Positions 12,721-25,849 of a stretch of 64,000 nucleotides of DNA are shown here, piece by piece. Under the pieces are notes generated by a model. The model was given only the letters and a program-made list of their open reading frames with translations. It was not told the DNA's origin and searched no databases. Position 1 is the stretch's first letter. Every line of letters begins with the position of its first letter. The stretch covers positions 10,044,001-10,108,000 of the forward strand of contig JBHGNT010000022.1 of NCBI GenBank assembly GCA_043228905.1, written 5' to 3'. Source of the DNA: Azolla caroliniana (lineage: Eukaryota; Plantae; Polypodiophyta). The translations under genes and the position numbers were made by a program.

Positions 12721-13592
12721 CTATTAGAGACATAGACTGATGTAAGCATGAGATAAGGATAGAAAATAGATAAATAGTAATGGACTCGAGCCTCGATCGG
12801 CGTCCCATACCACTACCGTGGCGTCGAGTCGTACCTAGTGTTGGCCCGCTCGCTACAAGAGTTGACCCACCACAAGATAGAGTCTCGACGTAGTCAACAA
12901 GATGCTCCAATGAGGGTAGCTAGGCCTCTTATTTATAGCGATACCCAATGCCACCAGGCAAGTTCACACTTGGCCTAATGGGTTGTCTCAATCCCGAGGA
13001 TTTAAAAGTAATCCTCCCCTTCTTTACACTCTCGTTTAACCCTCGCACTTATCCACGTGTATAGAATACTACAGTAAATTCTGACCACAAGATAGAGTCT
13101 CGACGTAGTCAACAAGATGCTCTAATGATGGTAGCTAAGCCTCTTATTTATAGCGATATCCAATGCCCCCAGGCAAGTTCACACTTGGCCTAATGGGTTG
13201 TCTCAATCCCGAGGATTTAAAAGTAATCCTCCCCTTCTTTACACTCTCGTTTAACCCTCACACTTATCCACGTGTATAAAATACTACAGTAAATTTTGAC
13301 CACAAGATAGAGTCTCGACGTAGTCAACAAGATGCTCCAATGATGGTAGCTAAGCCTCTTATTTATAGCGATACCCAATGCCCCCAGGCAAGTTCACACT
13401 TGGCCTAATGGGTTGTCTCAATCCCGAGGATTTAAAAGTAATCCTCCCCTTCTTTACACTCTCGTTTAACCCTCGCACTTATTCACGTGTATAGAATACT
13501 ACAGTAAATTCTGACCACAGGATACTATATGGTCATGCCCGTAACATACTCCCCCTCTTTAAAACATTGCACTCTTGCAATGGAAAGTTAGG
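12721..13592 (-). mobile_element. Foreign LTR (12741-13546) with PPT, inserted in gypsy RNase H; contains a 3x215-bp array
   Basis: TG..CA ends; PPT AAAGAGGGGGAGTA at 13547-13560 (minus). Repeat units start at 12869, 13084 and 13299. Host reads GVTKF|CHYLLG across the insert. Confidence 0.8.
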
Positions 13593-15309
13593 GAACTTTG
13601 TTACGCCATAAACCATCCCCAAGGCTTCTCTCTCTATCGTAGCGTAGTACACCGGCTGGTACCACCTTGGCTTGGTGAGCTGCATGAGGACGTTGCCGAT
13701 TGCTATATCAGACACGTCCACGAACACATGAAATTCCTTGGTCCAATGTGGAGACTGCACCACCGGCGCCTGCGATAGCATCACCTTCAATGTGTGGTAT
13801 GCCCTATCCTCCAACTCCATCCATTGGAATGGGGTATGGTGTATGGCCGCATGTAAAGGTGTGGCAAAGTCAGACAAATACCGGAGCATTTGGCTATGCC
13901 AGCGGATCTGTCCTAAAAACAGGCTTAGAGCTTTGGCATTTGCCGGAGGCGGTGCTTCGAAAATAGCTTTTACTTTATCTGGATCTACTCCAATGTCGTC
14001 CTTGCTCACGATATGTCCTAATAATGTCCCACTTGTCACTCTGAACACACATTTTGCCGGATTCAAGCTCAGTTGGAAATCTCGGCATTTCTCGAGACAT
14101 AATTGGAGATGGGCCAGGTGTTCACCCTTCCGGCTATAGACAGCCAAGTCGTCCAGGAACACATGCATAAATGCTGGTATGAATTCCTCGAATATCTCCA
14201 TAATGATGCGTTGGAATGTTGTTGGTGCCGTCTTTAGCCCAAAAATCATAACCACCGCGACGAATACTCCCCATTCTGTAACGAATGTTGTCTTCTCCTG
14301 GTCTGCCGAGTGCATCCGAATTTGATTGTAGCCACTAAATCCATCGAGGAAGCTATATATCTCGTGCCCGGCTATTCATCCAGAACCCCATCCATAAATG
14401 GGAGTGGGAACGCATCCATTACCATCGCGACGTTTAGTTTCCGGTAATCAACACAGACTCAGATTTTCCCATTCTTCTTGGGTACCACCACGATCAGACT
14501 GAGCCATGTTGTCTGCTTCATTGGTCGGATAAAACCGACTCGAAGTAATTTATCAATTTCCTCTTTTACCTTGGCCGGATAATTCGGATTCGTCCGGTAG
14601 CGCCTTTGTGCTACCGGTTTTGCGTCCTTGCTCAGGTGAATCTGGTGCTGGTATAACTGAGATTCAATCCATGCATGTCTTCATACGATCATGTGAATAC
14701 ATCCCGGAATCCTTTAGTAATTCTACTATTGCTAGCTTTTCCACCGGTGGCATTTCCTTTGCTACGTGTACCGGTTTCGATTCTTCCCTGGTTCCCAAGT
14801 TCACTTCTTCTAGTTGTGATTGTTTCACTCGTTGGGACACCACCATTTCTCGTTCCAAGGATTCTTGGGCTTGTCGTAGTTCCCGGATTGCCTCTCTATC
14901 CGGCTCATCACCGATGTCGTCCGGTTGCACCATATACGGAGTGACCACTTCCGTCACATCACACTAAAATAATGGAACTATCTTTGGGTGTTCTTCGAGG
15001 TACCAGTCCACCTCCTCGTCTGCTAGCCAATCCAACATGTTAATGATTTCCGCATACAATGACGTTAATTCCTTGTTTGCGCCTGTTCGTGGTTGTCTCG
15101 ACACACGCACATTTGCTTTGCCTCTCCGGAACGTGATGGTATTTTTTTGCAAATTCTATTTTATATGCGTCGTCCGTAGCCATGGTCTTCCTAGCAACAA
15201 GGGATATGCTCCTTGTGCATCTAACTGCAGAACCATTGCATATATCTGGAATGCATGTCCGCCGATTGTGACCTCCATAAACCAGGTTGCTTGTATCCAC
15301 GACCGCCGG

Positions 15310-16567
15310 TGTCGCGAAAATACGACGAAGATACGTGAACTTGAGGCAGGACCCCGGGGCCTCCGACTAGAGGATATCAAATTTGTATGTTTATATTAAA
15401 CAATTAATGGAAATAAGAAAGATTGACAAATTTCATTAACAAATAGAAAAGAAATTACAATATGTCCCAAGATTGGGATTCAAAATTTTAGTTTATGAAG
15501 ATTAATAGAAAAAAAAAAAATAGGGGATTGAGAGATATTGCTTCCGTAGGGAAAATTAGGATTAGGTTATATGAGTATTATGGCTTCCGTAGGGAAGATT
15601 AGGGTTTTTGAGTGTTATGGCTTCCGTAGGGAAGATTAGGATTAGGTTATATGAGTATTATGGCTTCCGTAGGGAAGATTAGGGTTTATGAGATATATGG
15701 CTTCGATAAGATAAGGAAACCAAGAAGGAAAAGAAAAATAAATAATGGAGAGAGGATATGAGTGTAGGAAAAAAAATGGAATATATATGGAGTTCCCAGT
15801 TGATCATATATGCATGTCCACTTTTTGTTGCTACCGTCCACATCACCTTTACTTTATGCATGCACTCCAACTTTAGTTGCTTGAGTCCACATGGCCTTCA
15901 CTTTAGTTTTCTTCACTTTACTTTAATTAGCCACATGATCCTTTTATCTGTTCAGTTTGCGTCCAGCCTCATCCGGTCGCTAATTCCGTTCAGTCGCCGA
16001 TTGTCGCCGCCGGTTCCGGTTTGCTTACCGACCGGTTTCCGGTTTTGCTTACTGGGCCTTCCGGATTGCTTACCGACCAATTTCCAGTTTTGCTTACCGG
16101 TCGGTTCCGGATTTGCTTGCCGACCGGTTCCGGTAAGCTTGCCGCCATTTCCGGTTAGCTTACTGGTTTTGGTTCCAGTTAGCTTTCTGGTTCCGGTTCC
16201 AATTTGCTTGCCGATTCTGGTTCCAATTTGGTTCCCATTACCAACCGGTTCCATTTTATTGCCAGCCGGTTTTAGGAACTTAGCCACATTCATCCTTCTA
16301 GACAAAGTGGCCAAAGTGCTCTTAATACAAATGAAAAATGAGGGATCTCAAGGTGCTTATATAGCCAGAGCCTTAAGTTTCTTATCTATGTGGGAAAAAT
16401 CATAGTCCGAATTCCCTTTCTTGTCAAACTTCCTATCTATGTGGGATAAATCATAGTTCTAATTTCCCTTTCTTCTCAAACATCCATCTTTCTATAACAA
16501 GCTACAACTCTAATCTAAAATACTTATTTCATTATTTTTTACATAGTGTGTGAAGATTCACACGACA
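15310..16567. mobile_element. Solo LTR (1258 bp) with 4-bp TSD CCGG
   Basis: TGTCGCG...CACGACA inverted ends; CCGG on both sides; removal restores host frame PEEEPAVVD. Internal GCTTCCGTAGGGAA(G/A)ATTAGG x4 and an ACCGGTT-rich tract. Confidence 0.88.
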
Positions 16568-16730
16568 CCGGTTCTTCTTCCGGGTTGGAAAAGAAAGTCG
16601 GAGCCGGCACGAAGTGTGGCGATGCCAATACCAATTTCAGTCCATCGGTAAATCGAGGGACTAATTGTAATAGTCGGCTCAACGGTAGCGTTGTCGGGGT
16701 AGTTGTGGTTCGTGCGGCGAAGTCGCGGGG

Positions 16731-16825
16731 ACTAAGGTTAAGGGGAGTTGAAGAAACTTAACTTTTAATAAGGCTTGTATGGTGATGATAGAATGGTTAA
16801 GGATAGTAAGACGAAGAGTTACGAG

Positions 16826-16879
<54 letters not shown>

Positions 16880-17614
16880 CGAGCATAGATAAAAGATAGA
16901 GACAATGTATGATTCAAGAAAGAAGATTGAGACAAAGTATGATTCTAGAAACAAGAGTATATGATATAAACATGATGTATATTAAAAATATAATATTTTA
17001 CCAACTTTACAATCCTTGATCGTAAGATGAATCTTTTCAATACCAACCCTTGATTTGAACCCACGACTTCCACTTTGAAACGCGAGGCTCTTCACCGAAT
17101 AAGATATATTTAACACTTACTTAGATTCCATTTTCTCCCACTTTCTCTTGATTGCTCCCCTTTTGTTTTCCTATCCCCTCTTTTTATAAGTATTTCCATG
17201 CATATGGTAATGGCATGCATGTAATGCATGAGTTACATCTTATGCATGATCGCCATTTGGCGCACATGCATTGCATGTGATGCACGATAGACATCATGCT
17301 CATTTGAGCTCCCATGTATTGGGATAAGTATAATGATGGATATAACCCTAAAACAAATAACCTAGCTTAGTGGTGTATGCTTTGTGCTTGATATACAAGG
17401 TTGAGGGTTCAAGTCACTCAATTTTACTTAATACAATATTTAAGTTTATTCTTATATAGTGAAGCACATTCTTGACAACATTTCTAAAAACAAATAGCCT
17501 ACCCTAGTGGTATATACATTGTGCTTGGCTTATAAGGTTGTAGGTTCAAGTGTTTGAAATATTATTGAATTCAATATTTAAATTTATTTTTATATCGTGA
17601 ACCATTCCTCGTCA
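16731..17614 (-). mobile_element. Partial LTR-like element with three tRNA-like modules and a 137-bp terminal duplication
   Basis: Layout resembles LTR 24080-24988 (minus-strand TATA near 17185, ATGCA-rich core). The duplicated units end TTGACA (17478) and TCGTCA (17614). Boundaries approximate. Confidence 0.55.
17356..17425 (+). other. tRNA-derived module (A-box/B-box), not a functional tRNA gene
   Basis: TAGCTTAGTGG A-box; anticodon arm TTGTG-CTTGATA-TACAA; T arm GAGGG-TTCAAGT-CACTC; acceptor stem does not pair. Second copy 137 bp downstream. Confidence 0.7.
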
Positions 17615-17693
17615 TTTTGATGCTCGGTCCAAGGTTCGATCTACCGGACTGGTGCCGCCTGTCGATTTAGTAGATTATTTCACATCGGTCCAT

Positions 17694-17784
17694 TGTGTGT
17701 GATCAGGAATGACATAACATGCATTGTGTTCTGTAAAGAATCGATGGTGATTCTTATGCAGCGGAACAGGTTAGAGATGTGTAT

Positions 17785-17826
<42 letters not shown>

Positions 17827-18728
17827 GAGAGAAACACAAGATAGATAATAGAAAATACTCAAGAAGATTGTATATTACAAAGGAGATTAACTGACATATT
17901 ACAAAGTAGGAGAAGAGTGCTTTATATAGTCACTCTCTCTCTTCATTAACTACCGAAGCTCATGAGTCACGGGGAATGTGGAAACTCATTAGTTATGTGT
18001 CATAGAATATGATTCTATGACACATAGTTAATGTGTAAAGACTAGTGGTGTGACTTTTTGACCTTGATTCTCAACACGCCGCCTCAAGCTCAACTTTGGT
18101 CGGCTTGTCCATTTCGGGTGGAACCCGGTTTTGACGGTATTCGGTTCTCTCTTGTTTGGTGTCGGCTTCGGCTGATACCTGGTTCGGATGATATTCGGTT
18201 CTCTCTTGTTTGGTGCCCGCTTTCGCTGATACCCGGTTCGGACGTACTCCCCCTCAAGCTTGGCAAGTTAGGAATTATCAATCCAAGGTCTGACATGAAT
18301 TGTCGAAGCTTGTCGACTCCAAGGGATTTTGGTGAAGATGTCGGTTGTCTGAAGATTCGTGTTGATATGTTGAAGGTCGACATCTCCAGCCTGAACGTGC
18401 TCTCGAATGAAGTGATAGTGCACTTTGATATGCTTCGTTCATGCGTGGAACACCGGGTTCCGAGCCAAATGAATATTGCTCATGTTGTCGCAGTAAAGGG
18501 AAATCAGATCTTTGATGGGAACACCCAGATCCTTTAATATCCTCTTGAACCATACGACTTCACATGCAGCCACCACCGCACTCCTGTATTTAGCCTTTCT
18601 GCTCAAAAGAGAGACGGTTAGTTGCTTCTTGCTACTCCAAGAGATGGATCCACTTCCGAGGGAGAAGACGAAACCAGAGGTTGATCGTCAATCAACTTTG
18701 TAGTCGGCCTAGTCGGCATCTGTGTACC
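17694..18728 (-). mobile_element. Copia 3' end: RNase H, 54-bp repeat tail, PPT and 3' LTR (about 17694-18076)
   Basis: GYTDAD...RSTSG, NPVFHARTKHIKVHYHFIRE, IFTKSLG; LTR ends CTCAACA at 18076; repeat units start at 18123, 18177 and 18231. Confidence 0.85.
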
Positions 18729-18730
18729 CT

Positions 18731-19131
18731 TATAAATATGACTTAGGGCAAACTTTTGTTACATAGAGCGAGAGTAACTTGTTGTCATTTGTTGTTGGCG
18801 CAAGATTAGAGCGCAACAGTGTACAGAGAAAGAGAGAGAGAGAGAGAGAAAGAGACGAATAGGTCGTTGCCTCTGTTGTAACCGCCACCTGTGGCGAAGA
18901 CAGTGAACAAGAGGTCGTTGCCTCTATGTTCATCTATTGTATATTCTTACATAGTGATAGTTAGCAGTCAGTGGACTGTCGTGGTTTTTCCCGTGTTTGG
19001 GTTTTCCACGTCAACATCCTGTGTACTCTTCTCTTACCTTTGTGTCGTGCATTCATTCCCCGTTTTCTGTGTTTGATTCTAAGCTCGGTTGTGGCCGAGC
19101 ATTGTTCATCGGGAGCGTGTAGTTCCTGTCA
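18731..19131 (+). mobile_element. 5'-truncated LTR of the 55120 copia family
   Basis: Aligns from TATAAATATGACTTAGGGCAA to GTTCCTGTCA with 55560-55932. Confidence 0.88.
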
Positions 19132-19207
19132 TCTCTCAACTATTAATAGTCTTTGTGCATGGTAGAAAGCGTGTTGTCTTAGTGAACCGATCTACACTAG
19201 TAAGGAT
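19132..19207 (-). mobile_element. Gypsy integrase remnant, left half
   Basis: ILTSVDRFTKTTRFLPCTKTINS continues the frame WKSIYLDFIIDRPSSKGFDV found at 28577-28790. Confidence 0.8.
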
Positions 19208-19893
19208 TGTTAGATATAATCAATTATCAGCCCCAAGTTGTAAATCTATCCCCATATGTGCTCATAGAGTGCACATTTTGTGCTAGCGCCCCACATGAGG
19301 AGTTGCTATTGTGCAACTTGACCATATGGGGCGATAATGTGTTAATCTAGGAAACCGTACATGCGTACGATACAATGCATTTAGGAAAGAGCGAAATAGG
19401 TAATAGGATTGGCTAATCAAGTCAACTAGAATATTTTGTGGGCAAGTTACTATGTACTTAGTCTTCAAGTATGTGCCATTGACTTCAAGATAAGTACTAT
19501 CTAGCAGTAGCCTGTATCTAGGGAGATGGGTCATATTAAATGACAAGTCAATTGACAGAAAAGGAATATCTCCACTACTATCAACTAACTTGCACATTTA
19601 ATGTTATACCTTTCTTACATAGTGGTTGTATTGATCATCGGTCCCCAACAATTTTGTAGTGCGCTGGTTCCGATCCCATCTAAGCTCTAAGGAGTGAGCG
19701 CATGGGTTAACTACCATTGTGAGCTACTCTCATATGTAACAGATGTATTGTTTTCATATATCCATCTTTGTGGTTATAACTCTATATACCTATCTAATGG
19801 ATTCTCAATATTTCTAACATGGTATCAGAGTTGAGAGGTTGATCTAGATTAGGTATATACGGATAATTGTTGTCTAGCAGCACAGAGAAATGG

Positions 19894-19933
<40 letters not shown>

Positions 19934-22643
19934 TATCGTTGGCCTTGTCCACGAATGTTGCAACTTCTCCACTGTGCATATGCCCACCTCCATTGTCTGA
20001 TGGAAAGCTAGATGGAACCAACTACCCTATATGGAAGTTCAAAATGTCTTCCATTTTGATCTGCTATGAGTTATTGGAGACAATCATGGGACCCACAAGA
20101 GGAGACCTTGAGCCCATGGTGACCTTTGACCCTGCACACCCTACCACATCAATCCCTCCAAATGTTGATCTACTTTGAGTGTAGAAGAGAAGGAATGTTA
20201 ATGCGTTGTGTACCATAGTCATTGGTGTATGTGAGTGTGTACTAACATTAGTGCAACATACAACCCGGGCACATGAAGCTTGGAGCATATTGGCCAACCA
20301 ATATGAAACCAAAAATTATACAACGATACAAAACCTCGAAAATCTACTTGTTGCAAAGAAGCTCGTTGATGGAGAGAAAGTAGAATCCTTTGTAAAAAGG
20401 ATTAAGGATCTTCAAGAGCAACTAGCGACAGTAGTCGTCTCTCCAAAGGATATGGCTAGTCGGTGCATTGGAGTACTTCCTTCCAAGTATGATGGCATTG
20501 TGACAGCATTGAACACTCAAGCTCGACCCACTCCTTTAAAATTTGATGAACTAAGTGAATTGCTGCTTGAAGAGAAGCTTCGGCTAAAGACACGAGAAGG
20601 AAGGGAAGATTCGGTATTTGTCTTTAGGACTAAGGGAAAAGGGGCATCCAATTCAAACAATGCGAATAGGATACCAAAGAAGAAGAAGTTCAATGGATCG
20701 TGTTTCTACTGTGACAAGAAGGGTCACGCAATCAAGGATTGTCAGAAGAAGATGGCGGATGAGAAGAAGGGTTCTACTAATACTTCTTGGAGAGAGCTCG
20801 AGTTCACCAACAATGTCGTAGATGAGCTTGATTTATGGGTTGCAATTGAAGAGGTGTGTTCTTCAGTTGACACTCAAGTTGTTGACGACTCTTGTATTCT
20901 CGATAGTGGAGCATCCCGACATATGACCAGTAATCGTGACTGGTACAACTCTTGGACACCTCTACAAGAGCCCATCAATGTTGTGGTCGGTAACAATGCT
21001 TGATTTCCAGCCAAAGGAACCGGAACCGTCACCCTCAAAGCAACGACCGGTAGGACAAAGCATCTCTCTCAAGTGTTGTACATGCCAGATCTCAAGAAGA
21101 ATCTATTGTCCATTTCTACACTAACCGACAAGGGTCTTAATGTTCAATTCAAGAAGTTGGATGTAGAAATAACATATTCTTCTAGCAAATTTGTAGGAAT
21201 AGGGGTAAGGCGCAACAATCCCTATGAGCTGAGTGCGTTTACAATTTCTACTGACCACAACACAAGTACTAACACAAAGCAATGGCATGCGAGATTTGGG
21301 CATCTCAATGTTGCTGGCGTTGAAGGAGATGAAGAAGTTGAATATGGTAGTTGGGTTGCCAACCCTATCTGACTTAAGTCATGTTTATGATGCTTGTATG
21401 ATGGGCAAGCATCAAAGATCAGCCATTCCAAAAGAGAGTCAAAATCGGACGAAGACTCCTCTACAACCAATACACATCGACCTCTCTGGAAAATTGGTGA
21501 CTCCTGCAATGGGTGGATCTCTCTACTATATGCTAGTAATCAACAACTTCAGTAGAAAGATATGGGTTTACTTCCTTCAGGAGAAGACTGATGCTTTTAA
21601 AATCTTCAAAAGATGGCATACATTTCTCGAGCGGGAGTCCAGAAAGTTAGTGAAGGTGTTACGCTCTGATCGAGGTGGAGAATTCTTATTAATAGAATTC
21701 TGTGAGTATTGCCAAGAGCATGGAATTAAGCACCAACTTACAACTGCCTACACCCCACAAAACAATGGTGTTGTCGAACGTCAAATCCGATCAGTTGTCA
21801 AAATGGTTAGGTGTATATTGAAGGCACAAGCGTTGCCTGACCCATTCTGGGCTGAAGTAGTGAATACAACAGTTTACATCCTCAATCGGAGCTACACGAA
21901 GGAACTTCAAGGGAAAACACCCCAAGAAGCTTATTCAGGCAAGAAACGGTCAGTGTTGCACTTTAGAACCTTTGGGTGGACGTGTTACGCACATGTTCTA
22001 GATGTGCGCAGAAAGAAGTTGGATGCTAAAAGCAAGAAGTGTATCTTTATCGGATATAGTGAAGAGTCAAAGGACTATCGACTCTATGATCCAGAGGCAA
22101 GAAAGATATTGACAAGCCGCGATATGGTGTTCGATGAGGAATGACCACAACTAGCTGAGAACAACAATTCTCAAGTTATCTCATCAACCGAAGAAGTATT
22201 CCACCCAATCCCGACCCACTGTCCAAAAAAGGAAGCTGAACCATCTGATGGTAATGGCTCGCTAGTTCGCGCTATGCCAGTGCCACATGTAAAGAAAATA
22301 CCTAAGTTGGCTCAACAACTATCAGAGCCAAGAATAAACGATAGAGTGATGGAAGAAGGATATAAGAGAACACGAGAAGAAAGGAACGAAATGCTAAGAG
22401 AAGAATAGGTGTATTAAGATAGAGAAAGAAAGAGAATGGATACAAGATATGTAATGAGAGCTAAAGACTGGTATTGATTCGAATTGATTTGAGAATACAT
22501 GTATGCCCTTATGTATAGGTTCCTATAGAATAGCTTAGAGATTTCTATAATGTTCTAGAATATGTTAGGACATTCTAGAATGATCTAGAGTTTTTACAAT
22601 AATCAATGTAATATAAAATGTAGCTTTTATCCTCTCACATGAC

Positions 22644-22716
22644 AATAAGCTATCTTAATGGTTGAGGTTTTCAATTATGGATTACAAGGTTCAAAGTTCA
22701 AGTCCGGGTGACGCCA
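22644..22716 (+). other. tRNA-like module in chromovirus LTR (second copy 26190-26262)
   Basis: TATCTTAATGG...AGGTTC(G/A)A(G/A)GTTCAAGTCC...GCCA at tRNA-like spacing. Confidence 0.6.
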
Positions 22717-24079
22717 TAATGGTCATGTGTTCATGACACTATCCCTCCTTCGGGAACGCCGAGTGGAAGTCAGCGTTAACATTGTAGGGTTGGGTTTGTT
22801 TGGATAGTGGCGATGGAAATCATCAAGAAGAGTTTGAGCATTACAAATGTTATCAACAGGTTCCCAAGTGCGATCACTCGGAGGATAGCCAAGCAAATCA
22901 ACTAGATAATAAAGCTTATTGTGCACAATCTTAGAATAAAGAATAGCAGTTACCTCATATTCGGGGCCGTCAACCACTTGGACAAAAGGCGGTGGTGGTA
23001 CGACACGATTAAGAATTAAAGAGGTACAACAAGGTTCCAAAAGAGAGCTATGAAAGACTGGGTGAAGCCACATATGTGCAGGAAGGTTAAGACGAAATGT
23101 TGCATCATTAATCCACACTGTGGTGACAAAAGGACCTAAGCGTTGATAATCGAGCTTAGCACACATGTGGGTAGTCTTGATGTGACGACGAAGCAACCAT
23201 ACTCGGTCACCAAACTTAAAGGAAGAGTTAAGACGATGCCGATCGGCCTTGTTCTTATGGTGTGCTTGAGCATTTTGAAGATGTGAAGATAACTCAAATT
23301 GGATTTGTTGTAGTCGGTGGAGGTGATGAGCCACACTAAGGTTTCGTGACACCTCAAGAAGATCCAGGATACACCATCTAGGGTGGTTGCCAATGTAGCC
23401 AAAGAAAGGTGTAACTTTGGTAGAAGAGTGTACCATGTTGTTGTATGCAAACTCGGCAAGATGTAAGATATTACTCCAATCATCTTGTTGATAACTGATG
23501 AAGCATCGAAGATACTACTCCCGCGTTTGATTTGTGCGCTCTATTTGTCCGTCAGTTTGTGGATGATAAACCAAAGAGAGTTTGTAGGAGATTTTGAGGT
23601 TTGCCCATAGGTGATTCCAAAAGTGTGAGATAAATTGAGAACCTCGATCGCTAATAATATCATTTGGGAGACCATGATGGCGAAACACCTCACGCATAAT
23701 GAGATCTGTTGTTTCTTCACTACTAATGGTCTTTACACACGGTACAAAATGTGCCATCTTTGTGAACCGATCCACTACTGTTAAAATACTATCAAAGCCT
23801 TTGGAAGGTGGCATATCCGTAATGAAATCCATAGAAATAGATTACCACGGCTTGCTGGGAGGTGGTAATGGTTGTAGTAAGCAATAAGGATGATGTCTGG
23901 ATATTTTGGCGCGATAACAGGTGTCACATGTGTGAATTGTAATCTGCGACAAATTTTGTGAGGCCACCAAAAAGAACATTTCACCAGCTCAATGGTCTTG
24001 GCAATACCAAAATGTCTAGCCATGGGGGCATCATGCCAATGTTCTAACACTTGAAGTCGAGGTGATCCATCAGGGACGT

Positions 24080-24988
24080 TGTCGTGCCTTTCGGCTCCGG
24101 ATCGTTTGCGTGAGTCGGGTGGGAACCGCCGAGGTTTTGGACTAGGAGGAGGAAGAATTTGAGAAGAGTCTAGTTATGTATAGATTATTAGAAGCTTGTG
24201 AATCCCACAAGTAGAGTTTTTTTTTTTAGTTTATCTTAATCATAGTAATAAATTGAAATAGTTTAGAATAGAAATAGAAAAGAGATCAAACCTTGTGAAT
24301 CCCACAAGTATTATATTATTTCGTGAATCCCACGATTATAGTTTATTGATTGTTGGTGTTTTAGGAAATATATCCAATTTCCCAATATTTTGCACACCTA
24401 TTACATTGTGCTCCCCATCCTTATATAGTGATGGGAGAGACTAAGCATAGCTACATGCTTTTTTTTCTAATATGTTCATGCACACTAAATGTGCATGTGA
24501 TGCTTTTCTAATCCTTGCTTTTATTTGCTACTTTTATTTGCTAAATATAGTGCTCATGCCCGCTAGATGTGCATGAGTCACTTTTTAGTTGCTTGCGTTT
24601 TTCTATAAAATATTCACGCACTCTAAAAATACATGATTTACCTTTTAATAAAGGTAGGCGCAAATAAAGCAGTTATAGTTATTAAATCTATTTATAGAAC
24701 ACTAAAGATAAGGTAGCATAATGGTAAAGTTGAGGTTTGGCTACGTGGAGGTACAGGGTTCAAATCTTGCCCTATGCACGTGATAAATATCTTGATATTC
24801 TTATTTTATTTATTGGTGATAAATATCTTGATATTCTTATTTTATTTATTGGTGATAAATATCTTGATATTCTTATTTTATTTATTGGTGATAAATATCT
24901 TGATATTCTTATTTTATTTATTTATATGTAATTAAATCGGTTATATTATTTTTACTTTTTCACGTAGTGTACGAAATACACTACGACA
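24080..24988 (-). mobile_element. Solo LTR (909 bp) with 4-bp TSD ACGT, tRNA-like module (24707-24778) and 4x36-bp array (24781-24924)
   Basis: TGTCGTG...TACGACA; removal restores LLYVPDGSPRLQV. Orientation inferred from minus-strand TATA (about 24422) and AATAAA (about 24343). Confidence 0.9.
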
Positions 24989-25576
24989 ACGTAAAGGAGA
25001 TTCTTGTAGAAGAGTAAGCCATCTTGCCACTTGAAGTCCTGATAATGTTGAGATGACCCTTGCAATGTGGAGCAAGATGGACGGCTTGAACCAATGTGGG
25101 CTACGACATCCTTAGCGAAATCATCAAAGTGAAATTGTTACTGAATAGTATCAAGAAGGCTAGAATCAAGTGGTGTGGCATAAATTGTTGTTGCCTATAG
25201 CTTTGATGGCATGAGGAGAATCTACCTTTGATTGTCAAAGGACAGATCTCTAGGTCAAAGAGCTAGATATGAACGCCGAGACAAAGCATATGCTTTCCCT
25301 TGTTGTTTTCCGGGGCGAAAAATGATCTTGAAATCGAAATGCGTTAGAAATTGGGCCCACCGAGCTTGTCGTCTATTTAATACTCGAGCTGTTTGAAAAT
25401 ATGTGAGGTTTTTGTGATCACTATAAATGATAATCTAATGAGGCGATCCTTCTAGAAAATGGCAGCATTGCTCGAATGAGTCGACCATACGTAGTAACTC
25501 CTTGTCATGCACCTCATAGTTTATCTCCGAAACAGTAAATTTTCTCGAGTGAAACGCGACTAGATGAGTCATCAAT

Positions 25577-25849
25577 CACTACTACGGAAATTGAACAAGG
25601 AAGTGTATGCAAGGATATTTGGTGTTTTTGGGCAAAATCTCTATCCATTGAAACAAGAATTGAACTTGAAGTTGAAAACTCGGTGTCCTAACTTGTACTT
25701 GGGCTAAGAAGACTCTACTAACATGCTTGGAACAAATGGAACCCACACTAGCTTAGGACTTCAAACTTATTGGACAAGGGTGGATTATTCATAATATTAG
25801 ATTCACTAACCGCTTCTAAAATGTTGAACTCATTTTTATTGTCATAGTG
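25577..25849. mobile_element. Small non-autonomous CACTA element (273 bp)
   Basis: CACTA...TAGTG termini with 3-bp TSD AAT (25574-25576, 25850-25852); TIR beyond 5 bp is degenerate. Confidence 0.62.

Larger units (their letters stand above)
7501..16730 (-). mobile_element. Degenerate Athila-like (non-chromovirus) gypsy: 3' LTR, extra ORF, INT, RH, RT, partial PR/gag; 5' end missing
   Basis: 3' LTR 7501-7930 (TG..CA) with PPT AGGGAAGGGA at 7931-7940. Integrase AHCGVVGGHY/CNLCQR, STPYYPQAN at 11100-12690; RT (FGLKTAP, FLDDL) at 13600-14600; LLLGRPWL near 15190; gag remnant 16568-16730. Confidence 0.9.

Noticed and set aside
12721-13592. Helitron explanation for the TSD-less insert
   Set aside because: No clean 5' TC and 3' hairpin-CTRR at an A|T site on either strand.
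15758-16405. 215-aa and 120-aa ORFs in the solo LTR
   Set aside because: Arise from ACCGGTT-rich repeats; no domain-like content.
17356-17425. Functional tRNA-Ser(TGA) gene
   Set aside because: Acceptor stem does not pair and the long variable arm of tRNA-Ser is absent; kept only as a tRNA-derived module.
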